Positions 1-10,562 are shown, numbered from the stretch's first letter. The stretch: DNA of 64,000 bases from an uncultured Spirochaetota bacterium (GCA_963820525.1 CAWGAA010000002.1:448001-512000), one strand, 5' to 3'. Notes: generated from the sequence alone by a model not told the origin. Program-made: numbers and translations.

Positions 1-246
1 GAATATTCGGCGGACCCGGTTCCCCTCTACCTGCGTAATCCTTCAACCTCGCTCATGAAAAAAGCGGGATACGGCGAGGGCTACCTGTATCCCCACGACT
101 TTCCCGGCCGCCTCGTGGACCAGCAGTACTTTCCCCCTCGCCTGGAGGGAAGGCGCTACTACACCCCGTCGGAGTTCGGCTACGAGAAGATCGTGGAGAA
201 ACGGATGCGCTGGTGGGAGGAGCGGCGAAAGGGCACGGGGAAGTGA
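1..246 (+). CDS. rarA: Replication-associated recombination protein A (RarA/MgsA), C-terminal part; 5' end outside window
   Basis: Frame 1 is open from base 1: PVPLYLRNPSTSLMKKAGYGEGYLYPHDF...QQYFP...YYTPSEFGYEK, the MgsA_C signature. Confidence 0.9.
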   Translation, partial: EYSADPVPLYLRNPSTSLMKKAGYGEGYLYPHDFPGRLVDQQYFPPRLEGRRYYTPSEFGYEKIVEKRMRWWEERRKGTGK

Positions 247-354
247 CGTTCGGCGGCGGCCGGCTCCGCGCCGATCTGCCCGCTGCCGCTTTCACCGGGG
301 ACCGAGCTCGCAGTCCTACCTGAAACGTCACGCGGCCGCGCGGAGCAGCCCCGA

Positions 355-1350
355 TCAGGTTCCGGCCAGGTACTCCTCGACGATCTGCCGGTACTCGGCA
401 ACGCGCGCCGCCCTCACCACCCTCTGCCGCAGGGCGGCCCCGCTTTCCATCCCTTTGGTGTACGCGACGAAGTGCTTCCTCATTTCCCTGCAGGCGGTTG
501 GCTCCCCCTTGATCGGCACGAGGAGCTCGAGGTGGGCCAGCGCCGTCGCGAGGCGGTCCGCCGGTGAGACGCTCGAGGCCGTTCGCTCGCCCTGCAAGAG
601 CTCCCGCGTACGACGGAAGATGAAGGGGTTTCCCAGCGCGCCGCGGGCGATCATGACACCGTCGCACCCCGTTGTCCGGAGCATCGCGGCGCAATCCTCG
701 GCGCTGAACAGGTCCCCCGAGCCGAAGACCGGCACGGGGCACGCCGCCTTCAGGGCCGTAATATCCTCCCACCGAGACTTTCCTTTGAACCCCTGGGATT
801 GTGTCCGTGGATGAAGCGTTATGAGGGCCGCTCCGGCCTCCACGGCGCGCTCGGCGCAGGAAAGATACGTTATCTCAGCCGGGTCCCAACCCGTTCGCAG
901 TTTCACGGAGACGGGGACGGAGGTCTCCTGCCGCATGGCGCGCACCAGCTCTCCGATGCGGGCGGGGTCGCGCAGGAGCGCGGCGCCGCATCCCGTCTTC
1001 AGCACCTTGGGGACCGAGCAGCCGCAGTTCAGGTCTATGATCGTGGGGGAGAGCGCGGCGATAAGGCGGGTCGCCTTTGCCGCGGTCCGGGCATCGGAAG
1101 CGAAGATCTGAAAGCCGATGAACCTCTCGTTGGGGGCCCGCTCAAGAAGAGCGAGGGTCTTGCCGCTCCCGCGGGAGAGCGCCTCGGCGGAGACCATCTC
1201 GGTGAAGCAGAGGATGGCGTCCCACGCCGCGCACACGGAGCGGAATGCCCCATCCGTGTACCCGGCCATGGGGGCGAGGAATACGTTTCCAGGGACATGG
1301 GCGTTCCCGATGAGCGTGGGGCGATACAGATCTCTACTCTGAGAGTCCAA
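355..1350 (-). CDS. dusB: tRNA-dihydrouridine synthase B
   Basis: LAPMAGYTD, TEMVSA, IDLNCGC, VSVKLRTGW, IARGALGNPFIF, EMRKH motifs. Confidence 0.92.
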   Translation of the reverse strand: MDSQSRDLYRPTLIGNAHVPGNVFLAPMAGYTDGAFRSVCAAWDAILCFTEMVSAEALSRGSGKTLALLERAPNERFIGFQIFASDARTAAKATRLIAALSPTIIDLNCGCSVPKVLKTGCGAALLRDPARIGELVRAMRQETSVPVSVKLRTGWDPAEITYLSCAERAVEAGAALITLHPRTQSQGFKGKSRWEDITALKAACPVPVFGSGDLFSAEDCAAMLRTTGCDGVMIARGALGNPFIFRRTRELLQGERTASSVSPADRLATALAHLELLVPIKGEPTACREMRKHFVAYTKGMESGAALRQRVVRAARVAEYRQIVEEYLAGT

Positions 1351-2107
1351 AGATGCGCAGGCTGTTCGCGTACAAGGCTTCCGTCAGCTCTTCGACGGTG
1401 ATCTCGCGAAGCTGCGCGATGAAGCCCGCCGTCTCGTTGATGAAGGAGGGCTTGTTCCTCTTGCCCCGGTGAATCGCGGGAACCATGAAGGGAGCCTCGC
1501 TCTCGATGAGGATCCGATCCTGAGGGATCTTCTTGGCCGTATCCTGGAGATTGCGGGCGTTCCTGTAGGTGACGTTGCCGGCGAAGGAGATGTAGAGATT
1601 GAGCTCGAGCGCCTTCTTGGCGTATTCATAGTCCTCCGAGTAGCAGTGGAGGATCCCGCCCTTCTTGGGCAGCCGCTCGCGCAGGATTTCCAGCACGTCG
1701 GCGCCCGCGTCCCTGTTGTGGATGATGACGGGCAGGCCGAGCTTGTCGGCAAGCTCGAGCTGGCGGATGAAGAGCTCGACCTGGGAATCGCGGTCGCCGA
1801 ACTTCCTGTAGTAGTCCAGCCCGATCTCTCCGATCGCTATGACTCTCTCCAGGCGGGTGCCGTCCTCGATCTTCATCTCCCAGTCGTCCCCCGGCTGGGA
1901 GACCGAGGAGGGGGAAATGCCGATGCTATGATAAATATGCGATTCGCTCTTCAAGTTCTGATAGACCTGGGCGAAATCCATGAGGTTGTTGGAGACCGCC
2001 ACGATGTGCTGGACACCTTCCTGCCTGGCTTCCTGGACAACGATGAGCTGGTCAATGGGGTCTTCTGTTATGAGTCCGATGTGTGCGTGCGTGTCAAAAT
2101 AGCGCAT
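1334..2107 (-). CDS. tatD: TatD family hydrolase/DNase
   Basis: FDTHAH, IGEIGLDYY, IIHNRDA, ILHCYSE, ILIESEAPF; start moved to MRYFDTH. Confidence 0.92.
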   Translation of the reverse strand: MRYFDTHAHIGLITEDPIDQLIVVQEARQEGVQHIVAVSNNLMDFAQVYQNLKSESHIYHSIGISPSSVSQPGDDWEMKIEDGTRLERVIAIGEIGLDYYRKFGDRDSQVELFIRQLELADKLGLPVIIHNRDAGADVLEILRERLPKKGGILHCYSEDYEYAKKALELNLYISFAGNVTYRNARNLQDTAKKIPQDRILIESEAPFMVPAIHRGKRNKPSFINETAGFIAQLREITVEELTEALYANSLRIFGLSE

Positions 2108-2284
2108 ATATCTCCGTGGAGCCGAAAGTCTGAAAGGGGTAATCAAATCCCTTGCTTTTGGATCTACCATATCATGCTCTTCATGCGAAGTCAATCCTTT
2201 TTCAACCCCCTGTCGACCCCGCGGTGCGCGTCATCTTTGGTACTGGCGGCGATACGTCCCGTCTGTGCGCGCATTGGCGCTGGT

Positions 2285-2313
2285 TTGACAAAGAAAGGGA
2301 ATCGTGGTAGCTT
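2285..2313 (+). promoter_or_regulatory. Sigma70-type promoter for the M23-bactofilin-YaaR-PSP1 operon
   Basis: TTGACA-17 bp-TAGCTT with an extended -10 TG, 46 bp upstream of the GTG start at 2360. Confidence 0.6.
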
Positions 2314-2359
2314 AACCGCGTTCTCATTTTGCCATCTCCATGAGTAAGAGAATAACGCT

Positions 2360-3403
2360 GTGCCGGTAACCCAATACAAGAAAGCAGAAAAACAGTTCGC
2401 GGACAGGATCGGCAACTGGCTTCGGAAACTGTGGGGCTCGGTTCTGGCCTTTTTCCGCTATGTCGTCCAGAAGGGAAAGCAGCGGTTCACCGTCATGCTG
2501 ATCCCCCATTCCGAGAAGAAGATCTTCAACTTCCAGATCTCCTTTTTCACGCTGATCTTCATCTCATCGGTGCTCATCATCGTGCTGGTGGGATTCTTCA
2601 TCCTCGCTACGCACTTTACCAGCACCAACGAGAGGATGACGGCCGTGAGCGAGGAGTTGAAGACAAACGAGATCACGCTGGAGAGCCTGAAGGACAAGAT
2701 TTCCGGCTTTCGCAAGGTGAGCAAGGAATTCAAGTCTCAGATGGACAGCGTGCTGAAGGTCATCGACAGCGAGGCCTCCGCAGCCACGGGAACGGGCGGG
2801 CCCATCCCCGCGACGACCATCGCGAGCGGGGAGGAGAACGCATCGGAAACGCTGCGGGAGCTGTCGGAGCTGGAGGGCATGAAGACCCTCATGGAGAACT
2901 CCATCGAGCCGCTGGCTGAGATCAACAAGGCCGTTTCGACCTTCAAGGATCTGCTCTCCGACACGCCCACCCTCTGGCCCCTCAAGGGAACCCACGGAAA
3001 CATCACAACCCGCTACGGCTGGACGATCCACCCCTTCTACCACCAGGGCTACCTGCACACGGGGATCGACATCGCCTGGGGCGTCGGCACACCGGTGGAG
3101 GCCACCGCCAACGGGGAAGTGGCGCAAGTCGGATACACCGACGATCTGGGCAACTACGTGATGCTCAAGCACAAGTACGGTTTCAACACGAAGTACGCAC
3201 ACCTCTTGAGCGCGACGGTGAGGAAGGGCCAGAAGGTCAATCGCGGCGATATCATCGGCTACATGGGCAATACGGGATTGTCCACCGGTCCGCACCTCCA
3301 TTACGAGGTCCGCCTCGGCCTCGACTACGTCGACCCCATGAACTTCCTCTCGATCGAATCCGACATCAGCTCCGTGAAGCTTGGCGGAAGGAACGGCGAA
3401 TGA
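2360..3403 (+). CDS. Membrane-anchored M23 family metallopeptidase
   Basis: N-terminal TM helix, coiled coil, HTGID and STGPHLHYEV M23 motifs. Confidence 0.92.
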   Translation: MPVTQYKKAEKQFADRIGNWLRKLWGSVLAFFRYVVQKGKQRFTVMLIPHSEKKIFNFQISFFTLIFISSVLIIVLVGFFILATHFTSTNERMTAVSEELKTNEITLESLKDKISGFRKVSKEFKSQMDSVLKVIDSEASAATGTGGPIPATTIASGEENASETLRELSELEGMKTLMENSIEPLAEINKAVSTFKDLLSDTPTLWPLKGTHGNITTRYGWTIHPFYHQGYLHTGIDIAWGVGTPVEATANGEVAQVGYTDDLGNYVMLKHKYGFNTKYAHLLSATVRKGQKVNRGDIIGYMGNTGLSTGPHLHYEVRLGLDYVDPMNFLSIESDISSVKLGGRNGE

Positions 3404-3894
3404 GCGACGCGCACATCTCCGATGACGCTTTCATAAACTCGATCATCGGGGAGGGCACCCGCTTCAAGGGCGAATTCGATCTCAACGGCCTCCTGCGGAT
3501 AGACGGCGATTTCACGGGCACGATCCGGACCAAGGGAAAGGTCCTTGTAGGGAGAAACGGGAGGGCCGAGTGTACCCTCCACGCGGGGACCGTGGTCATC
3601 GGCGGTGTTTTTCGGGGGGAGATTTTCTCCGCCGAGAAGGTGATCATCCTTTCCACCGGCTTGGTGCTGGGAAACATCACGACTCCGAGGCTCATCGTGG
3701 AGGAAGGGGTGATCTTCAACGGAACCTGCAGAATCACGACGCCTTCCTCCGAAAGCGCCAAGAGCGGTTCCCAGCACAAAGGCTCGCAGGGCGGCGCCCC
3801 GGCATCCCCGCCCCGCGAAGCGGCGCAACAGCCCGCCCAGGAAGCGGCGCAGTCCGCCCCGGGAGCGGTCCCGGCGGGCTCTCAAGGACGATAA
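3400..3894 (+). CDS. Bactofilin (polymer-forming cytoskeletal protein)
   Basis: SIIGEGTRFKGEF...LRIDGDFTG...VLGNITTPRLIVEEGVIFNG. Confidence 0.92.
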   Translation: MSDAHISDDAFINSIIGEGTRFKGEFDLNGLLRIDGDFTGTIRTKGKVLVGRNGRAECTLHAGTVVIGGVFRGEIFSAEKVIILSTGLVLGNITTPRLIVEEGVIFNGTCRITTPSSESAKSGSQHKGSQGGAPASPPREAAQQPAQEAAQSAPGAVPAGSQGR

Positions 3895-3906
3895 CCCCAA
3901 AGATTC

Positions 3907-4389
3907 ATGGCGCGTATCGATTCACTGGGTGAAACAACCCCATTCTATGTTCCCGAGAAAAAGAAGGCAATAAAGAAGGAAAAAACGAAGTCGAGATCGT
4001 TCTCCGATCTCGTCGAGGCCGCGGAGGAGGGGAAGAACCTCTCCGAGGATTTCGATGAGCCCGAGAAAAGGCGGACGATCGAGGAGCTGCTCGACGGCGT
4101 ATTCGAGTCGGGGGACAGGCTGAAGAAGCTTCCCACCATGGAAACCGTCAAGGAATACAGGCAGAGGGTAAAAGCCTTCGTGAAGTACGTCGTTTCCCGG
4201 ATGCTGGCCGTGAAGGAGACGACGTCGGGAGTCAACATCCTGAAACGCAAGAGGTTCACCCTGGTCGAAGTGATCGACCGCCAGCTGGAAAACCTCGCCG
4301 TTTCGGTATTGTCGGCTCAACGCGAGCAGCTCACCATCCTCGCGCAGGTGGACGAGATCAACGGTCTGCTCGTCGATCTTGTTTCGTGA
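3907..4389 (+). CDS. YaaR/DUF327 family protein
   Basis: VFESGDRL...YRQRVKAFVKYVV...DEINGLLVDL pattern; lies next to a PSP1 gene. Confidence 0.8.
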   Translation: MARIDSLGETTPFYVPEKKKAIKKEKTKSRSFSDLVEAAEEGKNLSEDFDEPEKRRTIEELLDGVFESGDRLKKLPTMETVKEYRQRVKAFVKYVVSRMLAVKETTSGVNILKRKRFTLVEVIDRQLENLAVSVLSAQREQLTILAQVDEINGLLVDLVS

Positions 4390-4408
4390 CCGTACAAGGG
4401 GAAGGGCA

Positions 4409-5461
4409 ATGAACGATATCGATGATCCCGTGATTGAAGATACGCTGATCGAGGAAGACGACGGAAAGCCGCGCGCGGCTGCGCCTCCGGCGGACCATGA
4501 TGAGGAGAATCAGCCCAGGGGCGAGGTAAAGGCGGACGGCGAGGTGAAAGCGGACGGCGAGGTGAAGGCGGACGAAGCGCGCCCCTCTTCAGGAGAAGGC
4601 TCGAGCCCGGCCACGGCGCCTGCCATCTATCGGGTGAAGATCATGTACTGCAGCGCCACCGAATACTGCGAATGTCCGCCCGGGATGGAGTTCGCCACCG
4701 GCGACATGGTCGTGATCCCCACCAAGTACGGCAATGAGCTGGGCTGCGTGCTGGGCAGAGAGGCCGAAAACGCGGACTGCGGCGCCGGCGACGTGCGCAC
4801 GATCGTACGCAAGGCCACTCCCGCGGATCTCTCCCGCGTCGGCGAGAACGAGGCGAAGGAAGAGAATGCATTCACGGTCTGCAGGGAGAAGATCTCCTCG
4901 CGGGGCCTGGAGATGAAGCTGGTGAGCGCCCACTTCCTGCTCGACGAGCAGAAGATCCTCTTTTTCTTCACCGCGGAGAACAGGATCGATTTCAGGGAGC
5001 TCGTGAAGGACCTGGTATCGGTGTTCAAGATGCGCATCGAGCTGCGACAGATCGGGGTCCGCGACGAGGCGAGGGTCCTCGGGGGGCTGGGAATCTGCGG
5101 GCGGGTCCTTTGCTGTAATTCCATCACGGACAGGCTGCGGCCCGTATCCATCAAGATGGCGAAGGAGCAGGACCTCACGCTCAACTCGATGAAGATCTCC
5201 GGCCCCTGCGGGCGCCTGCTCTGCTGCCTTGCCTACGAGTTCGACGTATACCGCGAAGCGCGGCAGCAGTTCCCGGCCGTGGGAACGCGCATCACCTACG
5301 ATGGTGAGGAGTTCAGGGTATCCGAGATCAACGTGCTGGCGCGCAGGGTGCGGTTCCAGGGCGAATCGGGGCGGATCATCGATATCGGCTTCGAGGGGCT
5401 TTCACGAAATCCCAAGACCAGCTCCTGGGAGATCCGCATCCGCTCCGCACCGAGCGCTTAA
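4409..5461 (+). CDS. PSP1 domain protein (RicT/YaaT family)
   Basis: FFFTAENRIDFRELVKDL, RIELRQIGVRDEA, GICGRVLCC, KISGPCGRLLCCLAYE. Confidence 0.92.
   Translation: MNDIDDPVIEDTLIEEDDGKPRAAAPPADHDEENQPRGEVKADGEVKADGEVKADEARPSSGEGSSPATAPAIYRVKIMYCSATEYCECPPGMEFATGDMVVIPTKYGNELGCVLGREAENADCGAGDVRTIVRKATPADLSRVGENEAKEENAFTVCREKISSRGLEMKLVSAHFLLDEQKILFFFTAENRIDFRELVKDLVSVFKMRIELRQIGVRDEARVLGGLGICGRVLCCNSITDRLRPVSIKMAKEQDLTLNSMKISGPCGRLLCCLAYEFDVYREARQQFPAVGTRITYDGEEFRVSEINVLARRVRFQGESGRIIDIGFEGLSRNPKTSSWEIRIRSAPSA
4520..4573 (+). repeat. 3 x 18-bp coding tandem repeat (GEVKAD) in the acidic N-terminal tail of the PSP1 protein
   Basis: ggcgaggtaaaggcggac / ggcgaggtgaaagcggac / ggcgaggtgaaggcggac. 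Confidence 0.9.
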
Positions 5462-5468
5462 GGTCGTA

Positions 5469-6878
5469 TCAGCCCGTCTTCGCTCCGCTGAGCAGCTTGT
5501 CCAGGGCATTGAGCATCAATTGAAGCTGCGCCTTCGATATGACGAACGTGCTCCTGCCGTTGACGAAAACAGCGTCGAAATCCCTGTCGTAGGGGACGTA
5601 CGTGACGAGGGTCTGCCGCATATCGCCCGTATTCAGGATGAAGCGCGTGGTCATCTCCGCGCCCCCCTGGACCTTCCTCTTTGCTTCGCCTTCCACGGAC
5701 AGGCCGATGAGGGCCTGGTAGAAGCCCTTGAACGCTCCCTCGTCCACCTGCTTTCCGTCCGCCGTGTAGGTGACCGTTTTCTCATCCTCTTCACCCTGCT
5801 TTTGCGCCTTCTTGACGGTGCGCGAAAGGGCGAGGATGTGGGTTTTCCCGCCGGCCGTGATCTCGATGCGATCCACGGTATCGATCATGGGAAGGTAGAC
5901 AAACTTCGCGATCAGGTCGAAGGGCTTGGCGTCCATGAAGGAGAGCAGGCTCGTGTCGACGCTGTACACGTTCGGCTTGCCGGCGGCCTTGAAATACGTC
6001 TTGTCCGAGCCGGCGCTCGAGCCGAAGTCCAGGGCCAGCGTGTTGGCCTTGTCGCGCACCAAAAGCGAATACACCGGCCTGTCCAGACCGTACCGCGACA
6101 GGCTTTCAGGATTGTCGTCCACGAAGCCGAAGATCGAAATGTCGGCGGGTCCCTTGAGCAGGGGGCTCACCTTGTCGGAGTCGACACCCATCACCTCGGG
6201 ATAGGGCCGGGTCATGATGTAGTTGCTGAATCCGAGCGCCATGTCTTTGCTCTCCGCCGCGGTCTTCTCCTTGAGCTCGATGACTGTTCCGTCACGGCGG
6301 GACAGGCGGAGGTACGTGATCTCATCCGAGTTGATCGAGGGGAAAATGTCCTTGTTTCGAATGTCGGCAGCCTTCCACTGGAAATAGTCTCCCACGTACG
6401 TCATGACGGAGTAGACCTTCGGGTCTCCCTTGACCATCAGGTAATAGGAATTCCCGGCGGGCGTCTTGTCCCCGAGATAGAACGTCTTGGAGGAGCCGTC
6501 ATCGAGGGTGGCCTCCGCCGTCGCGTGAGGCGGCTTCAGGCCGTACTGCGCGAGGTTCGTCGGGTTTCGCTCGATGATGCTCTTGGCGGAGAGGTCGGTG
6601 AACGTGGAGACCAGCGTGTCCACGTTGCCGGAACTCAGGGGGATGGGGGAGGGGGAATCGAGCTTCCAGTCCTTTCCCTTCTTTTGTAGAACAAGAGATT
6701 GGCCGCTCTTGAGAACGATCCTCGCTATCTTGTCCTTGTCCAGCTTGGCGAGCTGAATCTGAGCGCTCTCCGGGGCCTTGCTCTTGGGCGCCGCGGGGCG
6801 TGAGCGCAAAAGGAAGTATCCGCCGATCAGCACGGCGAGCGCCGCGAATACCGCGATGAGCGTCCACCGCCGCTTCAT
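5469..6878 (-). CDS. DUF4340 domain protein (accessory to a Gld-type ABC system)
   Basis: N-terminal TM, repeated L..YGL..P motifs, GDKTPAGNSYY; last gene of a GldA/F/G-like operon. Confidence 0.8.
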   Translation of the reverse strand: MKRRWTLIAVFAALAVLIGGYFLLRSRPAAPKSKAPESAQIQLAKLDKDKIARIVLKSGQSLVLQKKGKDWKLDSPSPIPLSSGNVDTLVSTFTDLSAKSIIERNPTNLAQYGLKPPHATAEATLDDGSSKTFYLGDKTPAGNSYYLMVKGDPKVYSVMTYVGDYFQWKAADIRNKDIFPSINSDEITYLRLSRRDGTVIELKEKTAAESKDMALGFSNYIMTRPYPEVMGVDSDKVSPLLKGPADISIFGFVDDNPESLSRYGLDRPVYSLLVRDKANTLALDFGSSAGSDKTYFKAAGKPNVYSVDTSLLSFMDAKPFDLIAKFVYLPMIDTVDRIEITAGGKTHILALSRTVKKAQKQGEEDEKTVTYTADGKQVDEGAFKGFYQALIGLSVEGEAKRKVQGGAEMTTRFILNTGDMRQTLVTYVPYDRDFDAVFVNGRSTFVISKAQLQLMLNALDKLLSGAKTG

Positions 6879-8323
6879 AGGTGTCGTCTCCTCATCCAGA
6901 TCGTGAAGCCCAGCCCCAGCACGATCAGGGGCATCAGGATGACCACCACGCCGGAAAGGGCGAGGCTCTGAAGCTCGTTGATCCGCAGGTGAAAGGTCAT
7001 GAGGCTCTTGGGCTGAATGGAAATCGTGTCCTTCTTTTCACGCAGCCAGCTCAGGCTGTTGAGGAAGAAATCGATGTTGCCGGGAACGGCGGTGGCAAAA
7101 TCCTGACGAAGGAACCCGGCGGTCCCCACAACCACCAGGCGCGCATTCCTGCGGCTCGGGTCGGAGGATTGGTCCGTGATCGCCGCGGCAAGGGTGAACG
7201 GTCCTTCCACGTCGCCCTTCTGCTTGGTGAGGGTCGTGAGGTTCATGTAGTTCACCTTGCCCCACGAGTTCAACGAGGAGGAGAGGAGGGGCTCGACCGT
7301 GATTGATTTCTTTTTCAGATCCAGGGTCTTGATTGCCTGGGCGAACGGAATGAGCACGGGCAGATCCGCGCTGTTGAGCGGGGTGAGGATTGCATGCGTC
7401 TCCAGCTTGGGAAGGAGGAACATGGGGTTGTTGCCCGCCACCCGATTCGCGTCGCCCTCGACCACCAGGAGTCTCTCCACGGTCACTCCATAGCTCTCCA
7501 GCAGGCCTTCGAGGTTGGCGAACGCCGCCGTTTTCTGGGGGAGATTCAGGATGAACATGACGCGTCCGCCGCCGGCCAGGTATGCGCGGATCTTGTCGGC
7601 TTCAGCGGCGGACAGGTCCACCTTGGGCGAGAGCACGAGGAGCATCTCGGCGTCCGCGGGAACCGACTGGGCCGAGAGGAGCGACAGGTCCTTCATCTCG
7701 TAGTTCTCGTTCTCCAGCGGCGTTTGCAGCTGGAGCGTTCCCACGCTGTCCTCGCCGTGTCCCTGCAGGGCGTAAAGGATGGGGTTCTTCTCCACTGTCA
7801 CGTATTGCAGGGCAGCCGTCAGGCGTTGTTCGGCGGAGAGGGAGGTGAACTGGGGCTGCTGGTTGGGGTTTGAAAAATCGATGTTGTACATATCGTAGCG
7901 CCCAATTGTCTTGAAGCGCTTGGGCCCCACGACGACGAGCGTTCCCTCCTGCAGGCCTTTTGCGGCAGGGTCGTACTGCTTCGACCATACCGGGTTGCGC
8001 TCCGGGTCGATTGTCTGGAGTTTTACATGCCCGCTTAAGAGCGCGTATTTCGCGAGGACCTCCTTGATGACGGAGTCCTCCTGGCCGACCTTGGCCAGCG
8101 TAGTGATGGTCACGTCGGATTTCAGGCCGGCAAGGGCCTTCTTGGTCTCGTCTGACAGCGAGTAGAGCTGGTTCTGCGTCAGGTCCGCCTTCCAGGGGAT
8201 CTGCTCCACGACCAGGTTGACCGCGATCACGATCGCAATCGCGGCAATGATCAGAAGCGAGGCGTACCCTCCGTGTCGGAACTTGCTGGTCTTCAGGGAA
8301 TCGAACAGTGTGCTCTTCTTCAC
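6875..8323 (-). CDS. GldG-family ABC-type uncharacterised transport system component
   Basis: DLTQNQLYSLSDETK, LQGHGE, YLAGGG, NIDFFLNSLSWL, C-terminal TM followed by RRR. Confidence 0.88.
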   Translation of the reverse strand: MKKSTLFDSLKTSKFRHGGYASLLIIAAIAIVIAVNLVVEQIPWKADLTQNQLYSLSDETKKALAGLKSDVTITTLAKVGQEDSVIKEVLAKYALLSGHVKLQTIDPERNPVWSKQYDPAAKGLQEGTLVVVGPKRFKTIGRYDMYNIDFSNPNQQPQFTSLSAEQRLTAALQYVTVEKNPILYALQGHGEDSVGTLQLQTPLENENYEMKDLSLLSAQSVPADAEMLLVLSPKVDLSAAEADKIRAYLAGGGRVMFILNLPQKTAAFANLEGLLESYGVTVERLLVVEGDANRVAGNNPMFLLPKLETHAILTPLNSADLPVLIPFAQAIKTLDLKKKSITVEPLLSSSLNSWGKVNYMNLTTLTKQKGDVEGPFTLAAAITDQSSDPSRRNARLVVVGTAGFLRQDFATAVPGNIDFFLNSLSWLREKKDTISIQPKSLMTFHLRINELQSLALSGVVVILMPLIVLGLGFTIWMRRRHL

Positions 8324-8333
8324 AACTACCCCC

Positions 8334-9203
8334 TTACGCCCAGCGTCTCTTCTCGATGACGCGGACGGTGAAGAAAATGAAGGCCCCGCAGAATGAGATG
8401 TAGTAGACGATTGGGCTCAGGCTGAGGATTCCCATCGTGAAGTCGTTGTATCTCTTCAAGAGCGAGAGCCATCCCAGGAACTTCGCAATGAAGCCTTCGA
8501 AGAAGCCGCGGGAGAACACGTACAACAGGACGAGGGCCGCGACGGCGAGGATGGCGGCGACGGCGCTCACGGCCGCGCTGCGCGTGCTGAAGAAGATCAG
8601 GAGCACGAGCCCTGCGGCGATGAGAGAGAGGAACACGAGCCCGGAGACCGCATCGCCGGGCACGCTCTGACTCACCCAGTCGAGTATCCATATCACGAGG
8701 AGCGCCGCGAAGGTCACCACCGCGGCGATGAGCTGGTTGTCCGTCAGGGAGGAGAAGAACAGCCCCACGGCGATGAAGCAGGAGCCGAGGAGAAAGAACC
8801 CAATATAGCCGCCCACGATCTCCCACCACGCGAGCCCGGCGAAGGTGAAGAAGCTCAAGATCAGGGGGTAGACCAGCGTGATCACCAGCGTGAGGAGGAA
8901 GACCACCACGGCGGCGAGGTACTTGCCCAGCACGATGCCCGTGATGGAGAGGGGGCTCGTGATGAGCAGCTGATCCGTCTTCTGCTTCATGTCCTCGGAG
9001 ATGAGGCGCATCGTGAGGATCGGCACCACGATGAGGAAGACGAACGTGATGGATCCCAGCATCGCCGTGTAGGATGGGTCGGCCCGGAGGAGGTTTCCCC
9101 CGGCGAAGAAGATCCCCGACAAAAGGATAAAGAACCCCATGAAGATGTACCCGATGGGGGAGGTGAAGTATGCCTTGAGTTCCCGGCGCAGTATCGCGAT
9201 CAT
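8334..9203 (-). CDS. ABC-2 type permease (GldF-like)
   Basis: RRELKAYFTSPIGY, PILTMRLISED...TDQLLITSP...IVLGKYLA; multiple TM helices. Confidence 0.9.
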   Translation of the reverse strand: MIAILRRELKAYFTSPIGYIFMGFFILLSGIFFAGGNLLRADPSYTAMLGSITFVFLIVVPILTMRLISEDMKQKTDQLLITSPLSITGIVLGKYLAAVVVFLLTLVITLVYPLILSFFTFAGLAWWEIVGGYIGFFLLGSCFIAVGLFFSSLTDNQLIAAVVTFAALLVIWILDWVSQSVPGDAVSGLVFLSLIAAGLVLLIFFSTRSAAVSAVAAILAVAALVLLYVFSRGFFEGFIAKFLGWLSLLKRYNDFTMGILSLSPIVYYISFCGAFIFFTVRVIEKRRWA

Positions 9204-9205
9204 CG

Positions 9206-10152
9206 TCAGGATACCTCCTTCTCTTCAGTGATCAGGTTGAGGAAGATGTCCTCGAGGGTGACGTCCATGGTGCGCATCGAGATGATGGGGCAGTCCGCCT
9301 TGGCGAGGGCGGTGAAGACCGCCTTCCTGATGTCGTGCTCGCGCTTGGCCTCCACGAGGATGTCCACGGTGCCCGGCTCGTGGGAGCCCAGCGCCTCGGT
9401 CTTCACGACGTGCTCCACGCGCTGGAGGGCGGCTAGAACGTCCCTTTCGGCCCCGACCACCCGCAGGGTCAGCCGGTTGTCGCCCACGAGTCCCTTGGAG
9501 AGGTTTTCCGGAGTGTCGCTTGCCACGATGCGTCCCCTGTTGATGATGAGCACGCGGGAGCAGACGGCCGCCACCTCGGGCAGGATGTGGGAGGAGAGGA
9601 TGATCGTGTGCTCCTTGCCCAGCTCGCGGATGAGGTTTCGCGTCTCGATGATCTGCTGGGGGTCGAGCCCTATGGTGGGCTCGTCGAGGATGAGAACCGC
9701 CGGCGAGCCGATGAGCGCCTGGGCCACTCCTACCCGCTGCTTGTATCCCTTGGAGAGGTTCTTGATGAGGCGGCGCCGCACGTCGGTGATCCTCAGGAGC
9801 TCCATGGCCCTGTTCATGCTCTCGCGCCGCTTCTGCCGTGACATGCCTTTGATGTCGCAGACGAAGGAGAGGTAGTCCTGGACCGTCATATCCACATACA
9901 GGGGGGGAGCTCCGGCATGTAGCCGATCTGCCTCTTGACCTTTTCGGGCTCCTCCAGAACGTCGAGCCCGTCGATTTTCACGGATCCCTCCGTCGCCGAA
10001 AGGTATCCCGTGATGATGTTCATGGTGGTCGACTTGCCCGCCCCATTGGGTCCGAGGAAGCCGAGGATTTCACCTTTTTCCACCGTGAAATTGATGCTGT
10101 CCACCGCGACCCGCTGGCCGAATCTCTTGGTCACGTTCTCGACTTGTATCAA
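9206..10152 (-). CDS. ABC transporter ATP-binding protein (GldA-like); apparent frameshift at the G7 run 9901-9907
   Basis: Walker A GPNGAGKST is in one frame; LSKGYKQRVG and ILDEPT are in another. One extra base in the run gives continuous ...PELPPLYVDMTV... Confidence 0.9.
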
Positions 10153-10385
10153 GGCTGTCTCCTTTCTCCTAAAGACAGTTTGTTCAGCACGTTCTCGAAG
10201 GTTTCGGCGATAATGAAATTATACAAGAATCTCCCGGCTTGGTATACTCCCCCTGGGCTCGAAGATGCGCCGCCTATTGATTTTTTTCTTTCAATATGTA
10301 TATTTATCACTAACCTCTGATTTCCTGATCACCGGACAGGCAGAGAAACTCATGGAAGATTCTTCCAGAAAGGAGGTAGAGAGCT

Positions 10386-10562
10386 ATGGCTGAGCCATTG
10401 AGCAAAAACGCGAGGGTCGGAGTCGTAACCCAGAAGTTCTTCTGCAACTGCGGGGGCGAGGTTAAGATGAAGCTCGTGTTCAACAACGGCAAGATGCGCA
10501 ATGTTGCGGAATGCGACAAGTGCCGGCGGCAGGAAAGAAAGCCGAGCGATTTCAAGGCCTGA
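10386..10562 (+). CDS. 58-aa small Cys-rich (zinc-ribbon-like) protein, not in the ORF track
   Basis: AGGAGG RBS upstream; MAEPLSKNARVGVVTQKFFCNCGGEVKMKLVFNNGKMRNVAECDKCRRQERKPSDFKA (CxC...CxxC); followed by a terminator. Confidence 0.8.
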   Translation: MAEPLSKNARVGVVTQKFFCNCGGEVKMKLVFNNGKMRNVAECDKCRRQERKPSDFKA

